Assembly: GCA_964537395.1 (NCBI GenBank)
Contig: CAZIBN010000002.1
Location: 14,301 to 78,300 of the forward strand
Direction: 5' to 3'
DNA from: an uncultured Elusimicrobia bacterium
GTDB taxonomy: Bacteria > Elusimicrobiota > Elusimicrobia > UBA1565 > UBA9628
Length of the DNA stretch: 64,000 nt
Positions 9,135-18,433 of this stretch are shown in pieces. A program made the position numbers and the translations under genes. Below the pieces are notes generated by a model. That model had not been told where the DNA came from and searched no databases. It was given only the letters and a program-made list of their open reading frames with translations. Every line of letters starts with the position of its first letter. Position 1 is the stretch's first letter.

Positions 9135-9995
9135 ATGACATATACTACACGGATGAAGAAGCCCTATCCTTTCGCCGCCGTGCTGGCCCGCGTGCGCCGC
9201 GAGCAGGGCTTTGCCAACGCCCATTCGTTTTATAAGGCCCGTGACGGACGCCGGACCTTCGGCCTGTCTTTCGCCAACTACATGGCCCTCGAGAGAGGCC
9301 TGAGCCTGCCCAAGGCGTGGCGGCTGGTGGTGATACTCAAGGCGCTGGATCTCACCGATGCCGCTCCTCAATGGAAGGAGCTGGTCCGCTCCTACCTCAC
9401 CTGCCTGCTTGGCTCCGACGCGCTCCTCAAAGGCCTCGAGCCCGCTCCCGCGGTCTCGGCGGCGTTGACGAGCGACGAGGTCGGCCGCCAGGCTCTCAGC
9501 CAGCGCGCCGCGCAGCTCGAGCTCGGGCAGTGGCGTGTGCTCGCCGCGGATCCAACGGCTTATTACTGTCATGTCTATCTCGTCAACACGCCCGGGTGGT
9601 CGGGCGCGGACGAGATCGCCGATGCGCTCGCGCTGCCCGCGACGACGGTGAAAAAGGCCTTGAAGGCCCTCTCCACGGCGAAGATCATTGAGTTCGTCGG
9701 CGCCCGCGCACGCAGCCCCTTCGTCTACAAGTACCTTCAGACCTTGCCGCTGCTGCCCGCCACGGTCCATCTGAAGTCGCCTATCCTCAAGAGTCGCGAA
9801 GCCTTCGCGGCCGGACGCGGGCTGCTCGCTCTGCGCAGAAATGTGACGACGCGCATGACGAAGGCCGGCCTCGACCGCTATTTCCAGAAGCTGGCCGAGA
9901 CCGTCACCTTGTCGGGCGTTTACGGCGACGCGGAGAAGTCCGACGATTCCGATGTCTACTTCGTCGACGCGCGGATCTTCAAGATCTTCGACTAG
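9135..9995 (+). CDS. Putative HTH-type transcriptional regulator (resembles the TIGR02147/DUF4423 architecture from memory)
   Basis: 286 aa (or 280 aa from the second ATG at 9153). N-terminal helix-turn-helix-like segment FGLSFANYMALERGLSLPK and a second wHTH-like segment ADEIADALALPATTVKKALKAL. The family assignment has not been checked by a search. Confidence 0.55.
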   Translation: MTYTTRMKKPYPFAAVLARVRREQGFANAHSFYKARDGRRTFGLSFANYMALERGLSLPKAWRLVVILKALDLTDAAPQWKELVRSYLTCLLGSDALLKGLEPAPAVSAALTSDEVGRQALSQRAAQLELGQWRVLAADPTAYYCHVYLVNTPGWSGADEIADALALPATTVKKALKALSTAKIIEFVGARARSPFVYKYLQTLPLLPATVHLKSPILKSREAFAAGRGLLALRRNVTTRMTKAGLDRYFQKLAETVTLSGVYGDAEKSDDSDVYFVDARIFKIFD

Positions 9996-10053
9996 GAATC
10001 TGATGATCTACTACCGATTGCGCCGATCGGTCCGGCTCATCCATGTTCATTCA

Positions 10054-10076
10054 GCTACTAACAGATTGTTAGCAGC
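10054..10076. terminator. Hairpin in the convergent intergenic region
   Basis: GCTACTAACA-GAT-TGTTAGCAGC, with 9 of 10 stem pairs. There is no U tract, so its function is uncertain. Confidence 0.3.
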
Positions 10077-10102
10077 TCACTCCAGATGCTCCTGCCCCGG
10101 CT

Positions 10103-10145
10103 GGATGTAGATTGCAACGAGCTCGGGGCAACGGCATCTACATCC
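10103..10145. terminator. Long hairpin 19 nt downstream of the HEAT-repeat gene stop
   Basis: A perfect 10-bp stem, GGATGTAGAT (10103-10112) with ATCTACATCC (10136-10145), plus extra inner pairs. No U tract on either strand. Confidence 0.4.
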
Positions 10146-10163
10146 GACTGCTTGCTCAGTTTC

Positions 10164-10832
10164 CTAGCGAATCATCGCGCTGCTTTTCACGACCTTGATC
10201 GATTTCAACGCGGCCGCAGCGGCTTCGCGCACGCTTGCGTCCTTGTCTGCCGCCGCCGCCATGATGAGGTTGGCGATGATGGGATTCTCTTGGTTAAGGA
10301 GGCCGGTCGGGGTGTATTGCGTGATGGTTCCGAGCACTCGCGCCGCCTCAGCCCTCACCTTGGGCTCAGAGTCGGTCAGCGAAGGGATAAGCGTCGCGCC
10401 GATGGGGCTGACGAAGGCGTTGGGGACGTCCTTGATGCTCGAGATCATGCCGACGGCGCGTATGGCTCGGACGCGGACGGCTGGATCGCGATGGTCGACC
10501 ATCAGGTTGACCAGCTTGTAGATGACCCTGCAGTACTCGTCGTTGGTGATGTTGAGCTGGCCGACCGACGCGATGATGCGCTCCGCCGCCTCATCGGTCG
10601 TCGCTCCCAGGGAGGCGATCGTCAGACGCAGGACGTCCTCGCGGCTGTGCACGACCCGCGGTTCATCGTAGATATCCATCGGGACGGCGTTCACTGAGGG
10701 CTGGGCCTGGACGGCGTGCGTCTCGATCGCCGAAAGTGAGGCGGCGAAGTCCGAGTCCGTGGACGCATGAGCCCCGAGCGAGCTCAAAACGGTTCCGAGC
10801 GCCAGCATCGCGGCGAGAGGCTTGATGGTCAT
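10164..10832 (-). CDS. Exported HEAT-repeat protein
   Basis: 222 aa. Signal peptide, then repeated D-x-x-x-VR-x-x-A-x-x-x-LG/IK units (DPAVRVRAIRAVGMI, DSEPKVRAEAARVLGTI, DKDASVREAAAAALKSI). The start is 2 nt after the upstream stop. Confidence 0.7.
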   Translation of the reverse strand: MTIKPLAAMLALGTVLSSLGAHASTDSDFAASLSAIETHAVQAQPSVNAVPMDIYDEPRVVHSREDVLRLTIASLGATTDEAAERIIASVGQLNITNDEYCRVIYKLVNLMVDHRDPAVRVRAIRAVGMISSIKDVPNAFVSPIGATLIPSLTDSEPKVRAEAARVLGTITQYTPTGLLNQENPIIANLIMAAAADKDASVREAAAAALKSIKVVKSSAMIR

Positions 10833-10833
10833 G

Positions 10834-12159
10834 TTATTTCTCCTTACGGACTGCGTTGATGGCGTCCGTGGGCCATTCGTAATTGGTCCGGAGCCATTCG
10901 ATGTTCTTCATGGTCAGCACGCCCGTGTTCAGCGCCTGCTCGAGCTTGGCGACGAACAGCACGAGAGCACGGCCTTCCTCGGTCGAGTAATTGCGTCCGA
11001 GCAGGTCGTAGCTTTCCCAGGCGCCGGACGGGCCGGTGATCATGATCTTGTAGTGGCCGGGCACGGCGGGCCAGGCCTGGAGGCTGGCCTTGTAGCGGGG
11101 CAGGCTCATAGCGTTGATCCGCTCGTTTTCGGAAGAGCCGAGTTTCTCGATCCAGTCGTGCTCGGTTTGGAGCCGCTTGATGTCGCTGGCCCTCACTTTC
11201 CCTGCGTCGAGCGCGCGCTCGAGCTTGGCGGCGAATTGTGCAACGTCCCGGTCCTTGCTGGAGGCCAGCTGATCGCCGTAGACGCCGTAGGCGTCCCAGG
11301 CGCCCTTGGGTCCGGTGACCATGAGCTGATGGAAGCCGGGAACGGGAGACCAGGGCTGGAGCGTGACCCGGTGCGCGGTCAGCTTCATCGCGTTGATCTT
11401 CGCATAGCGGGGGCTGTCGAGGTCGGTGGGCCAGTTGTAAGAGTCCTTGAGGTCCTTGAGATCGGCGAGCTTGATCTTGCGCGCGTTGAGGGCGAGCTCG
11501 AGCTTGGAGACGAACTGCGCGACCTCCTTATCCTTGCCGAGGCCGAGGTTCGTGCCGAGCACGCCGTAGCTGTCCCAGGCGCCCTCGGGGCCGGTGACGG
11601 CGATGTGGTAGTAGCCGGGCACGCCGAGCCACGGCACGAGCGCTGCGGTGTAGCGGTCGAGCTTGACCTCGGCGACGCGGTCGAAGAGAGTGCGGGCGGG
11701 TACGCGAGCGGCGGCGGGCGCGGAGAGGTCCACGCTGACGGCTGGAGCGCTCTGCTCGCCGCTCAAAAGGGCTTGGAGCGTTCCGCCGTGCTCGCGGACA
11801 TCGGTCGAGCCGGCGCGAGTGAGGTCGCCGACGGCTTCGATCGCGGCGGCGACGCCGACGGCGGTCTGGGCTAATGGCGAAGCGTTTGCGGCGATGGGAG
11901 CGGTTTGCGCGGCCGCCACAGGTGCCGCCAGGGTGGGCGCGAGGGCCGGGACGGACATTAAACCCAGAGACGGCGTGGGCAGGACGCTCGCGGTCATGCC
12001 GGGCGTCATGGTGGGGGCTTGAATCACGGGAACGGGGCTTAAGGCGGCTCCGGCAGGAACAAGCGTGGGAATGCGCGTACCCGTGGTTACAACGGCGTGG
12101 CTGTCAGCCGGGAGGGCGGCGGCCAGAACGATCGATAGGGCGATGTTGATGTTTCTCAT
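10834..12159 (-). CDS. Exported protein: shared A/P-rich N-module plus three tandem copies of an unrecognised ~93-aa domain
   Basis: 441 aa. Signal peptide. Residues ~28-136 are paralogous to the 12289..13587 protein. Residues 166-441 form three repeats with conserved PW..VPG....[VI]TGP.GAW[DE].Y and A.F..KLE.AL. Confidence 0.8.
   Translation of the reverse strand: MRNINIALSIVLAAALPADSHAVVTTGTRIPTLVPAGAALSPVPVIQAPTMTPGMTASVLPTPSLGLMSVPALAPTLAAPVAAAQTAPIAANASPLAQTAVGVAAAIEAVGDLTRAGSTDVREHGGTLQALLSGEQSAPAVSVDLSAPAAARVPARTLFDRVAEVKLDRYTAALVPWLGVPGYYHIAVTGPEGAWDSYGVLGTNLGLGKDKEVAQFVSKLELALNARKIKLADLKDLKDSYNWPTDLDSPRYAKINAMKLTAHRVTLQPWSPVPGFHQLMVTGPKGAWDAYGVYGDQLASSKDRDVAQFAAKLERALDAGKVRASDIKRLQTEHDWIEKLGSSENERINAMSLPRYKASLQAWPAVPGHYKIMITGPSGAWESYDLLGRNYSTEEGRALVLFVAKLEQALNTGVLTMKNIEWLRTNYEWPTDAINAVRKEK
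10837..11664 (-). repeat. Three tandem in-frame coding repeats of ~279 bp (10837-11106, 11107-11385, 11386-11664)
   Basis: By-eye protein alignment of KLDRYTAALVPWLGVPGYYHIAVTGPEGAWDSYGV, KLTAHRVTLQPWSPVPGFHQLMVTGPKGAWDAYGV and SLPRYKASLQAWPAVPGHYKIMITGPSGAWESYDL, with period 93 aa. Confidence 0.8.
11752..12078 (-). repeat. Copy A of the paralogous N-terminal module (DNA-level similarity to 13213-13527)
   Basis: Long stretches align at nucleotide level, for example gatcgcggcggcgacgccgacggcggtctgg (copy A) against gatcgcggcggcgactacgacggcggtctgg (copy B), and cttgaatcacgggaac against tttgaatcactggaac. Confidence 0.8.
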
Positions 12160-12262
12160 GACGTCAGTGTATCTCCCGAATTTATTTGGAACCTGGGGCG
12201 GTGGGGAAGGCGCGCGGCGGCAAAGGGCCGTTCTGCGGGACGATAGAGAAGATGAGAACAGG

Positions 12263-12277
12263 TATCGTGGTACGATA
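12263..12277. promoter_or_regulatory. Palindrome TATCG-N5-CGATA, a divergent relative of the TATTG-N5-CAATA sites
   Basis: AGGTATCGtggtaCGATAgca lies in the 129-bp gap between the two halves of the exported-protein gene set, about 105-118 nt upstream of the ATG at 12159. That is the same distance as site 15805-15825 from the ATG at 15703. Confidence 0.25.
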
Positions 12278-12288
12278 GCAGCTCCGGA

Positions 12289-13587
12289 TCAGTCGATGGG
12301 TCCTCGCACGGGCCGCAGGCGGATGCTTTCGATATCGAGAGATAAGGGCATGACTTCGTAGCTCGATCCGGTTCCGTTGAGCGTGTCCGCGCGACCATCG
12401 CTCCCGATAGCCCGGGTGTAGTTGCTGTGCGCATGGCCGACCACCTCGACATCCTCGAACCCGTGCTTCTCACCCCAATCTTTAAGATTAAGGAAGGCCT
12501 CCCGCAGGGTCGGCATCTCTAATTTATCCGTCAAAACCCAAGTCGGATCGTAACGCACCGGCTCAGAGTCGCGATAAAGCGCCCTGACATGTTTGACGGT
12601 GACCCAGGGCTGCTTGACGCTGACGTTCTCCACTCCATAGCGTCCGACGAGCCCCTTGTATACGCCGGGGCCGTCTCTGTAGATGGTTTCTCGGATCGGC
12701 TGCGATTCGGCTATGGCCTGAGCGGTGAGGAACGGGTACATCGTGTCGCGGATGTAACTGCGGATCTCCGGAGGAATCCGCACGACGATGCCGCTGAGCG
12801 TATCCTGAAATTCCGGACGGGAAAATACGGATCTATTAAGGCCGGTCATCATCGGTCCGAGAAGAGGGATCAATTCCGGCGTGATGGTGTAGGCGTTCTT
12901 TGCGGTCGGATAATAGGCCACCTGCGTTACAAAGGCATTCACCTTGTCGACCGCGTCTATGCGCAGCCATCCATAGCTCATGTCCTCGCCCATGATCCGG
13001 AGAAGATCGGGCTGGTCCGCCTTCACGAGGGTCGCCGTGTGGTGCTTGCCGCTCAAATCCATGAACTTGATGTCCGTTCCGATCAGCGACGCCGCGATTT
13101 GGCGCTTAACGCTTTTCTCCGTAGAAAAGAATCGGCGGAGGCGGGCGTAAGAAGTGTTCGCGGGCGTTCGCGCGGAGACGGGTTCGGCCGGACCCTCGCC
13201 GGCGCTGGGCGCGCTTTGGCCGGAGAGAAGGGCCTGAATGCGGCCGCCGAGTTCGCGAGCGTCGGAAGTCTCAATGCGTGAGGGGTCGCCGGCGGCTTCG
13301 ATCGCGGCGGCGACTACGACGGCGGTCTGGCTCAGCGGCGAAGCGTTCGCGGCGACGGGAACGGGCCGCGCGGCCGCCGCCAGGGCGGGTGCGAGAGCGG
13401 GGGCCGGCATCGAGGCCAGAGACGGCGAGGGCAGAACGCTTGCGGTCAGGCCGGGCGCCATGACGGGAGTTTGAATCACTGGAACTGGGCTTAGCGCGGC
13501 GCCGAACGGAACGAGGGCGGGAACGCGCATAGTCTGAGAGTGCGCGGTCGAGATAAGGAAGCAGGAGACGAGGGTTATTGTTTTCAT
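12289..13587 (-). CDS. Exported protein: shared A/P-rich N-module plus an unrecognised ~300-aa C-terminal domain
   Basis: 432 aa. Signal peptide MKTITLVSCFLISTAHS. Residues 21-125 are paralogous to the 441-aa protein. The C-terminal domain matches no family I recognise (it contains VVGHAHSNY). Confidence 0.8.
   Translation of the reverse strand: MKTITLVSCFLISTAHSQTMRVPALVPFGAALSPVPVIQTPVMAPGLTASVLPSPSLASMPAPALAPALAAAARPVPVAANASPLSQTAVVVAAAIEAAGDPSRIETSDARELGGRIQALLSGQSAPSAGEGPAEPVSARTPANTSYARLRRFFSTEKSVKRQIAASLIGTDIKFMDLSGKHHTATLVKADQPDLLRIMGEDMSYGWLRIDAVDKVNAFVTQVAYYPTAKNAYTITPELIPLLGPMMTGLNRSVFSRPEFQDTLSGIVVRIPPEIRSYIRDTMYPFLTAQAIAESQPIRETIYRDGPGVYKGLVGRYGVENVSVKQPWVTVKHVRALYRDSEPVRYDPTWVLTDKLEMPTLREAFLNLKDWGEKHGFEDVEVVGHAHSNYTRAIGSDGRADTLNGTGSSYEVMPLSLDIESIRLRPVRGPID
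13213..13527 (-). repeat. Copy B of the paralogous N-terminal module
   Basis: See 11752-12078. Protein level: RVPALVPFGAALSPVPVIQTPVMAPGLTASVLPSPSL...ANASPLSQTAVVVAAAIEAAGD against RIPTLVPAGAALSPVPVIQAPTMTPGMTASVLPTPSL...ANASPLAQTAVGVAAAIEAVGD. Confidence 0.8.
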
Positions 13588-13589
13588 GG

Positions 13590-14378
13590 TTATCGGAGGC
13601 TGTTGTATTGCTTGAAGGTCAGGACTTCAACGGCTTGCTGCCAGCCTTGCCCGGGAGCGATGACCTTGGTGTCGCGGCCCCATTCGGCCATGCCCTTTAA
13701 CCGGATGTCGTCCATCGGGTTCTTGCCGTCGTTCTTGACGGCCTGAGCCGCATCGAGCAAAGTCGTGTAGTATTCGGCCTTGAGCGCGTTGAATTGAGCG
13801 AGCATTTCGGCGCCGGGGTTTATCCGCAGGCGCCCCTGGACGGCACCAGCGAGGAAGGGCAGTTTTTTGCGCACGGCTGCGTACAGCGCATCACCGCTGA
13901 TCTCGAGCTCGAAGGGGGCCGTTTTCATGTGGATGGTGCCGGCGAAGTCCGGGGCTCCGAGGTAAGTGGACATCATCTTATTGAGGAACTTGGCTTCGGC
14001 CAGGATCTGATCGAGCTTCGCGTTCTGGCCATTTCGATGTGCGGCCAGAATCTCGAGCGCTTTGGTGACTTTGTTGAGCGAGAGCTGAACCTGATCTTTT
14101 AGCTTGTACAGCGCTATTTTTCTGGCGTCATCGGTCTCCGCGCTGATCAGGACATCGATTTTAGTAAGGACGCCTTCGAGTTCAGCCTTGGCTTCCTTGA
14201 GGGATTCCTCGCCATCCGCATCCGGGGCCTGAGAAAGGCCGACCGCGGAGGCGGCGCTCAGCTCAGCCGCGCGGCTGGCCGACGCGAACGCTTCATCGAG
14301 ATCGGGTTGGCTCCAGGCGTTCTGCTCGGCGTGCGCAGTCGTGATCATGAGGCATGAGACGAGGAGTATTGTTTTCAT
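13590..14378 (-). CDS. Exported, predicted mostly helical protein of unknown function
   Basis: Start re-set to the ATG at 14378 (MKTILLVSCLMITTAHAEQ...), giving 262 aa. The track ORF to 14708 adds 110 R/P-rich residues overlapping the upstream gene. The signal peptide and start junction are duplicated from the next gene. Confidence 0.75.
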   Translation of the reverse strand: MKTILLVSCLMITTAHAEQNAWSQPDLDEAFASASRAAELSAASAVGLSQAPDADGEESLKEAKAELEGVLTKIDVLISAETDDARKIALYKLKDQVQLSLNKVTKALEILAAHRNGQNAKLDQILAEAKFLNKMMSTYLGAPDFAGTIHMKTAPFELEISGDALYAAVRKKLPFLAGAVQGRLRINPGAEMLAQFNALKAEYYTTLLDAAQAVKNDGKNPMDDIRLKGMAEWGRDTKVIAPGQGWQQAVEVLTFKQYNSLR

Positions 14379-14380
14379 GG

Positions 14381-15703
14381 TTATTTGAAGTAACGGTTCA
14401 TCAGGTCGGATAGGCGGTTTTTCTCGGCGAGGCTGCGATCGTCGAAAAAGAAGATGGACGCGAGCAGCGGCAGCAGCGGCACGGCTATGGCGCCGAGGGC
14501 ACTGAGGGAAGAAATATCGCTGAAGTAGCCGAAGATGGTCGCGAAGACCACTGCGAGGGAGCCGGCGAGGGAGGCGATCACCAGCGCGGTGGACGCGAAA
14601 TCGGCATGCTTGGATAATCGCACCTTCGCGGCCTGCAGGCGATCCCAACTCGGAAAACCGAGCCCGCCGTCGCGGATCGCGGCCAGGACGCGGGCTTGCA
14701 CAGCCCAATTCCAGTCCGAGTCGGTGACGGTGTTGCGGTAGTAGTCGTCGATGGAGCGCACATCGTGGGCGGTCACGCGGCCGTTGCCGGAGAAGTGGGA
14801 GACGGCTTTGCCGAGGGGGCCTGTGGTCGCCGTATTTTCACCGCGCTGCTTGAGGGCCAGCAGCCTTCCCGTCATGTTGTTCGTCCATCGCGACGGGGAA
14901 ATCGTTCCGTCTTCCATGCGGGCCTGCAGGGCGGCGCGCAGAAGATCGACTTCGGCCGCGCTCCACGGCCCGGGCTGCACCTGTGCGACGGCGCCAAGGC
15001 GCAGATCGATGACGCGCTCGGCGGAATCGGAAGCCTGCTCGGGATTGCCGGCGGCGTCGAGCCAGACGGTTTTGTCGCCGTCACGCTCGCTGCGCATCAA
15101 GGTCTTCGCGTCGAAGGCTCCGGCGGCGATCTTCGCGGGGAGGTCCTCGACGAAGGCGCGCCACGCGGCCTGGCGGACCTTTTCATACGCCGCGACGCGT
15201 TCCTCGAGCATCACCAGGCCGATAATGGTGCGGTCGTTGATGTAAACGCTCATCTCCCGCCCGTATTTGGCTTCGGACGCCACGTAAGGGAACTCCGAAC
15301 GTCCTATGCCCTTGTTCGTATCGAGGGCGACGCGCCAGACCTGCATGGCGAGACGTTCCTCGGTGAGTAGGGCGGCGGCGTTGAGCACCTTCAGCTTGGC
15401 CTCGGTCGGAAGCGCCGCGAACCGGGCTGGGTCCTCGCCGCGCAGAACGAGGGTTTCCACGAGAGGATTGAGAAGCTGAGGCGAGGAGAAGAGCGGAAGG
15501 CGGCCGTCCGCGCCGGGCGTGGCCAGGCGCGGGAGTGATAGCGAGCCGAGTTGAGAGACGCGCTCCAGGCCGGCGGCGCTGACGGCGCCCGAGATGGGGC
15601 CGGCCCAGGCGGCGGCGCCCGGCGTGGGCGCGGAGACTCGGACCTGGGCGAGAGCGGGCGAGGCGAGAAGTGACGACAGCACTACGAGGCTGAGTTTGAT
15701 CAT
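14381..15703 (-). CDS. Exported or membrane-anchored protein of unknown function (signal peptide plus two C-terminal hydrophobic helices)
   Basis: 440 aa. Signal peptide MIKLSLVVLSSLLASPALAQ. C-terminal TALVIASLAGSLAVVFATIFGYF and LGAIAVPLLPLLASIFFF. First gene of the unit. I recognise no family. Confidence 0.75.
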   Translation of the reverse strand: MIKLSLVVLSSLLASPALAQVRVSAPTPGAAAWAGPISGAVSAAGLERVSQLGSLSLPRLATPGADGRLPLFSSPQLLNPLVETLVLRGEDPARFAALPTEAKLKVLNAAALLTEERLAMQVWRVALDTNKGIGRSEFPYVASEAKYGREMSVYINDRTIIGLVMLEERVAAYEKVRQAAWRAFVEDLPAKIAAGAFDAKTLMRSERDGDKTVWLDAAGNPEQASDSAERVIDLRLGAVAQVQPGPWSAAEVDLLRAALQARMEDGTISPSRWTNNMTGRLLALKQRGENTATTGPLGKAVSHFSGNGRVTAHDVRSIDDYYRNTVTDSDWNWAVQARVLAAIRDGGLGFPSWDRLQAAKVRLSKHADFASTALVIASLAGSLAVVFATIFGYFSDISSLSALGAIAVPLLPLLASIFFFDDRSLAEKNRLSDLMNRYFK

Positions 15704-15804
15704 TACGCCTAGTGTAACGCCCGGCTCGATTTTGGGCCTGAGGCATTGGGGAGAGGTTTTGGCGGCAAGAGGCTTATCTGCGGCACATGAACAGAAGCCG
15801 CGTC

Positions 15805-15825
15805 ATGTATTGTGATGCAATACAT
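15805..15825. promoter_or_regulatory. 21-nt palindrome ATGTATTG-N5-CAATACAT, candidate operator
   Basis: Perfect 8-nt arms. Located about 102-122 nt upstream of the ATG at 15703. Shares 15 of 16 arm positions with 9111-9131. Confidence 0.4.
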
Positions 15826-15846
15826 TGTTTGGACGAAAAAAGAGAA

Positions 15847-15868
15847 GGCCCTCTCTTTCGAGAGGGCC
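15847..15868 (-). terminator. Rho-independent terminator of the inositol operon
   Basis: GGCCCTCTC-tttc-GAGAGGGCC, a 9-bp perfect stem 25 nt after the MIPS stop. On the minus strand it is followed by TTCTCTTTTTTCG. Confidence 0.85.
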
Positions 15869-15892
15869 TTCCTTATTAAGGCGCGTCCGGCG

Positions 15893-17284
<1,392 letters not shown>

Positions 17285-18433
17285 TGTGGTTGATTCTCCT
17301 GAGAAACAGCATGATCGCGAAAAACAGGGTGCCGCCGATGGCGGCGGCCCAGAGGAACTCGTACACCATGTCCACGAAGGCCAGGAGCACGAGCAGGTAG
17401 ATGAAGTCGCGCTGGGCGAGCGCGTTCTCGAGGCGGGACAGCTTGGATTCGAAGCCGTCGCCCTCGGGTTGCTCCACGACGCCGGCCTCGGGCCCCTTCG
17501 TGCTGCGGCGGGCGAGGCGGTGCTTCCAGGCGGTCCACGCCGAGGCGAGCACGCCCGCGTCGGCGATCGCTGCCAGGGCCAAGGTGTGCACGCCGTTGCC
17601 CGTCCGCCAGAAGCCGATGCCCAGGCAGGTGAACAGGGCCAGATGCACGAGGTTGTCGCCCCAGAAGTCGAGGTCGGAGCCGAGAGGGCTTTCCTGGAAG
17701 CGCACGCGCGCGAGTTCGCCGTCGCAGCCGTCGAGCACCGAGTGCAGCCAGATCAGAAGGGCGCCGATCACGTAGAAAAGGCGGGTGTCGCCCAGAAAGA
17801 AGCTCGCTCCGATCAGGCCGAGGATCGTGCTGAACACGGTCATCTGATTGGGCGTGACCGTGGTGTCGAGCAGGGCGCGGCTTGCGGCGAGCGAAAGGTG
17901 GCGGTCGAAGTGGCGGGCCATGAAGCCGTCCTGCGGCTTGGGCCCCGCGACCATGAGCCAATCCACGATCGGGCCCTGGGAGAGCGGCGCCTCCAGGCGG
18001 ATGCAGGAGCCTTCGGGCAGGGGCTGGCCGGTGCGGTAGATCGTATCCTCGCGGGTGAGAACGACCTGGACGACGCTGAGGACGGAGGCGTCGTTGTAGC
18101 TGACTGAGGTGGGAAAGCTCTGCCGGGCGATGAAGGCCAGGGTCTCGATGCGGATGAGATGGTCGGCGGAGATGCCGAGATAGGGCGGCTCGCATTCGGT
18201 CAGCGCCGCCGTTCCCTTGGTCACCCAGCGCACCTCGAGGCCGGGCGGCAGGCGCATGATCCCAATCTGGGCGTCGTCGGGCTTGGACATCGCGACGAAG
18301 ACGGACTTGATGCCCGCGCGAGCGAGGGTGAACAGCTGGCGCTCGATGACGAGCATGCCGCCGGCGCGATGCCAGAGGAGCTTGGGATGGGCGACCCAGA
18401 GGATGGCACGCGTGAAAACATTCTCCGCTGCGG

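Noticed and set aside
9996-10163. tRNA or other structured RNA in the largest intergenic gaps (also 12160-12288, 15704-15892, 22975-23177, 38262-38355, 38968-39089)
   Set aside because: I could fold none into a cloverleaf with anticodon, T-arm GTTC or CCA features. The structures present are simple hairpins or palindromes, reported as such.
12289-13587. Calling the 432-aa protein C-domain a metallophosphoesterase because of VVGHAHSNY (GHxH-like)
   Set aside because: The other calcineurin-like motifs (DxH, GDxxDR, GNHE) are not present in order, so a single short motif is insufficient.
13590-14708. Long N-terminal extensions in track ORFs (also 1803..2849, 19414..21030, 33149..35185, 34762..36297, 41040..41921, 46541..47953, 54235..55626, 58514..59749)
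   Set aside because: The extensions are R/P/G-rich and overlap the upstream gene. Each is followed by an internal ATG/GTG that sits in an ATGA/GTGA overlap or just after the upstream stop, and that begins the recognisable domain or signal peptide. I used the internal starts.
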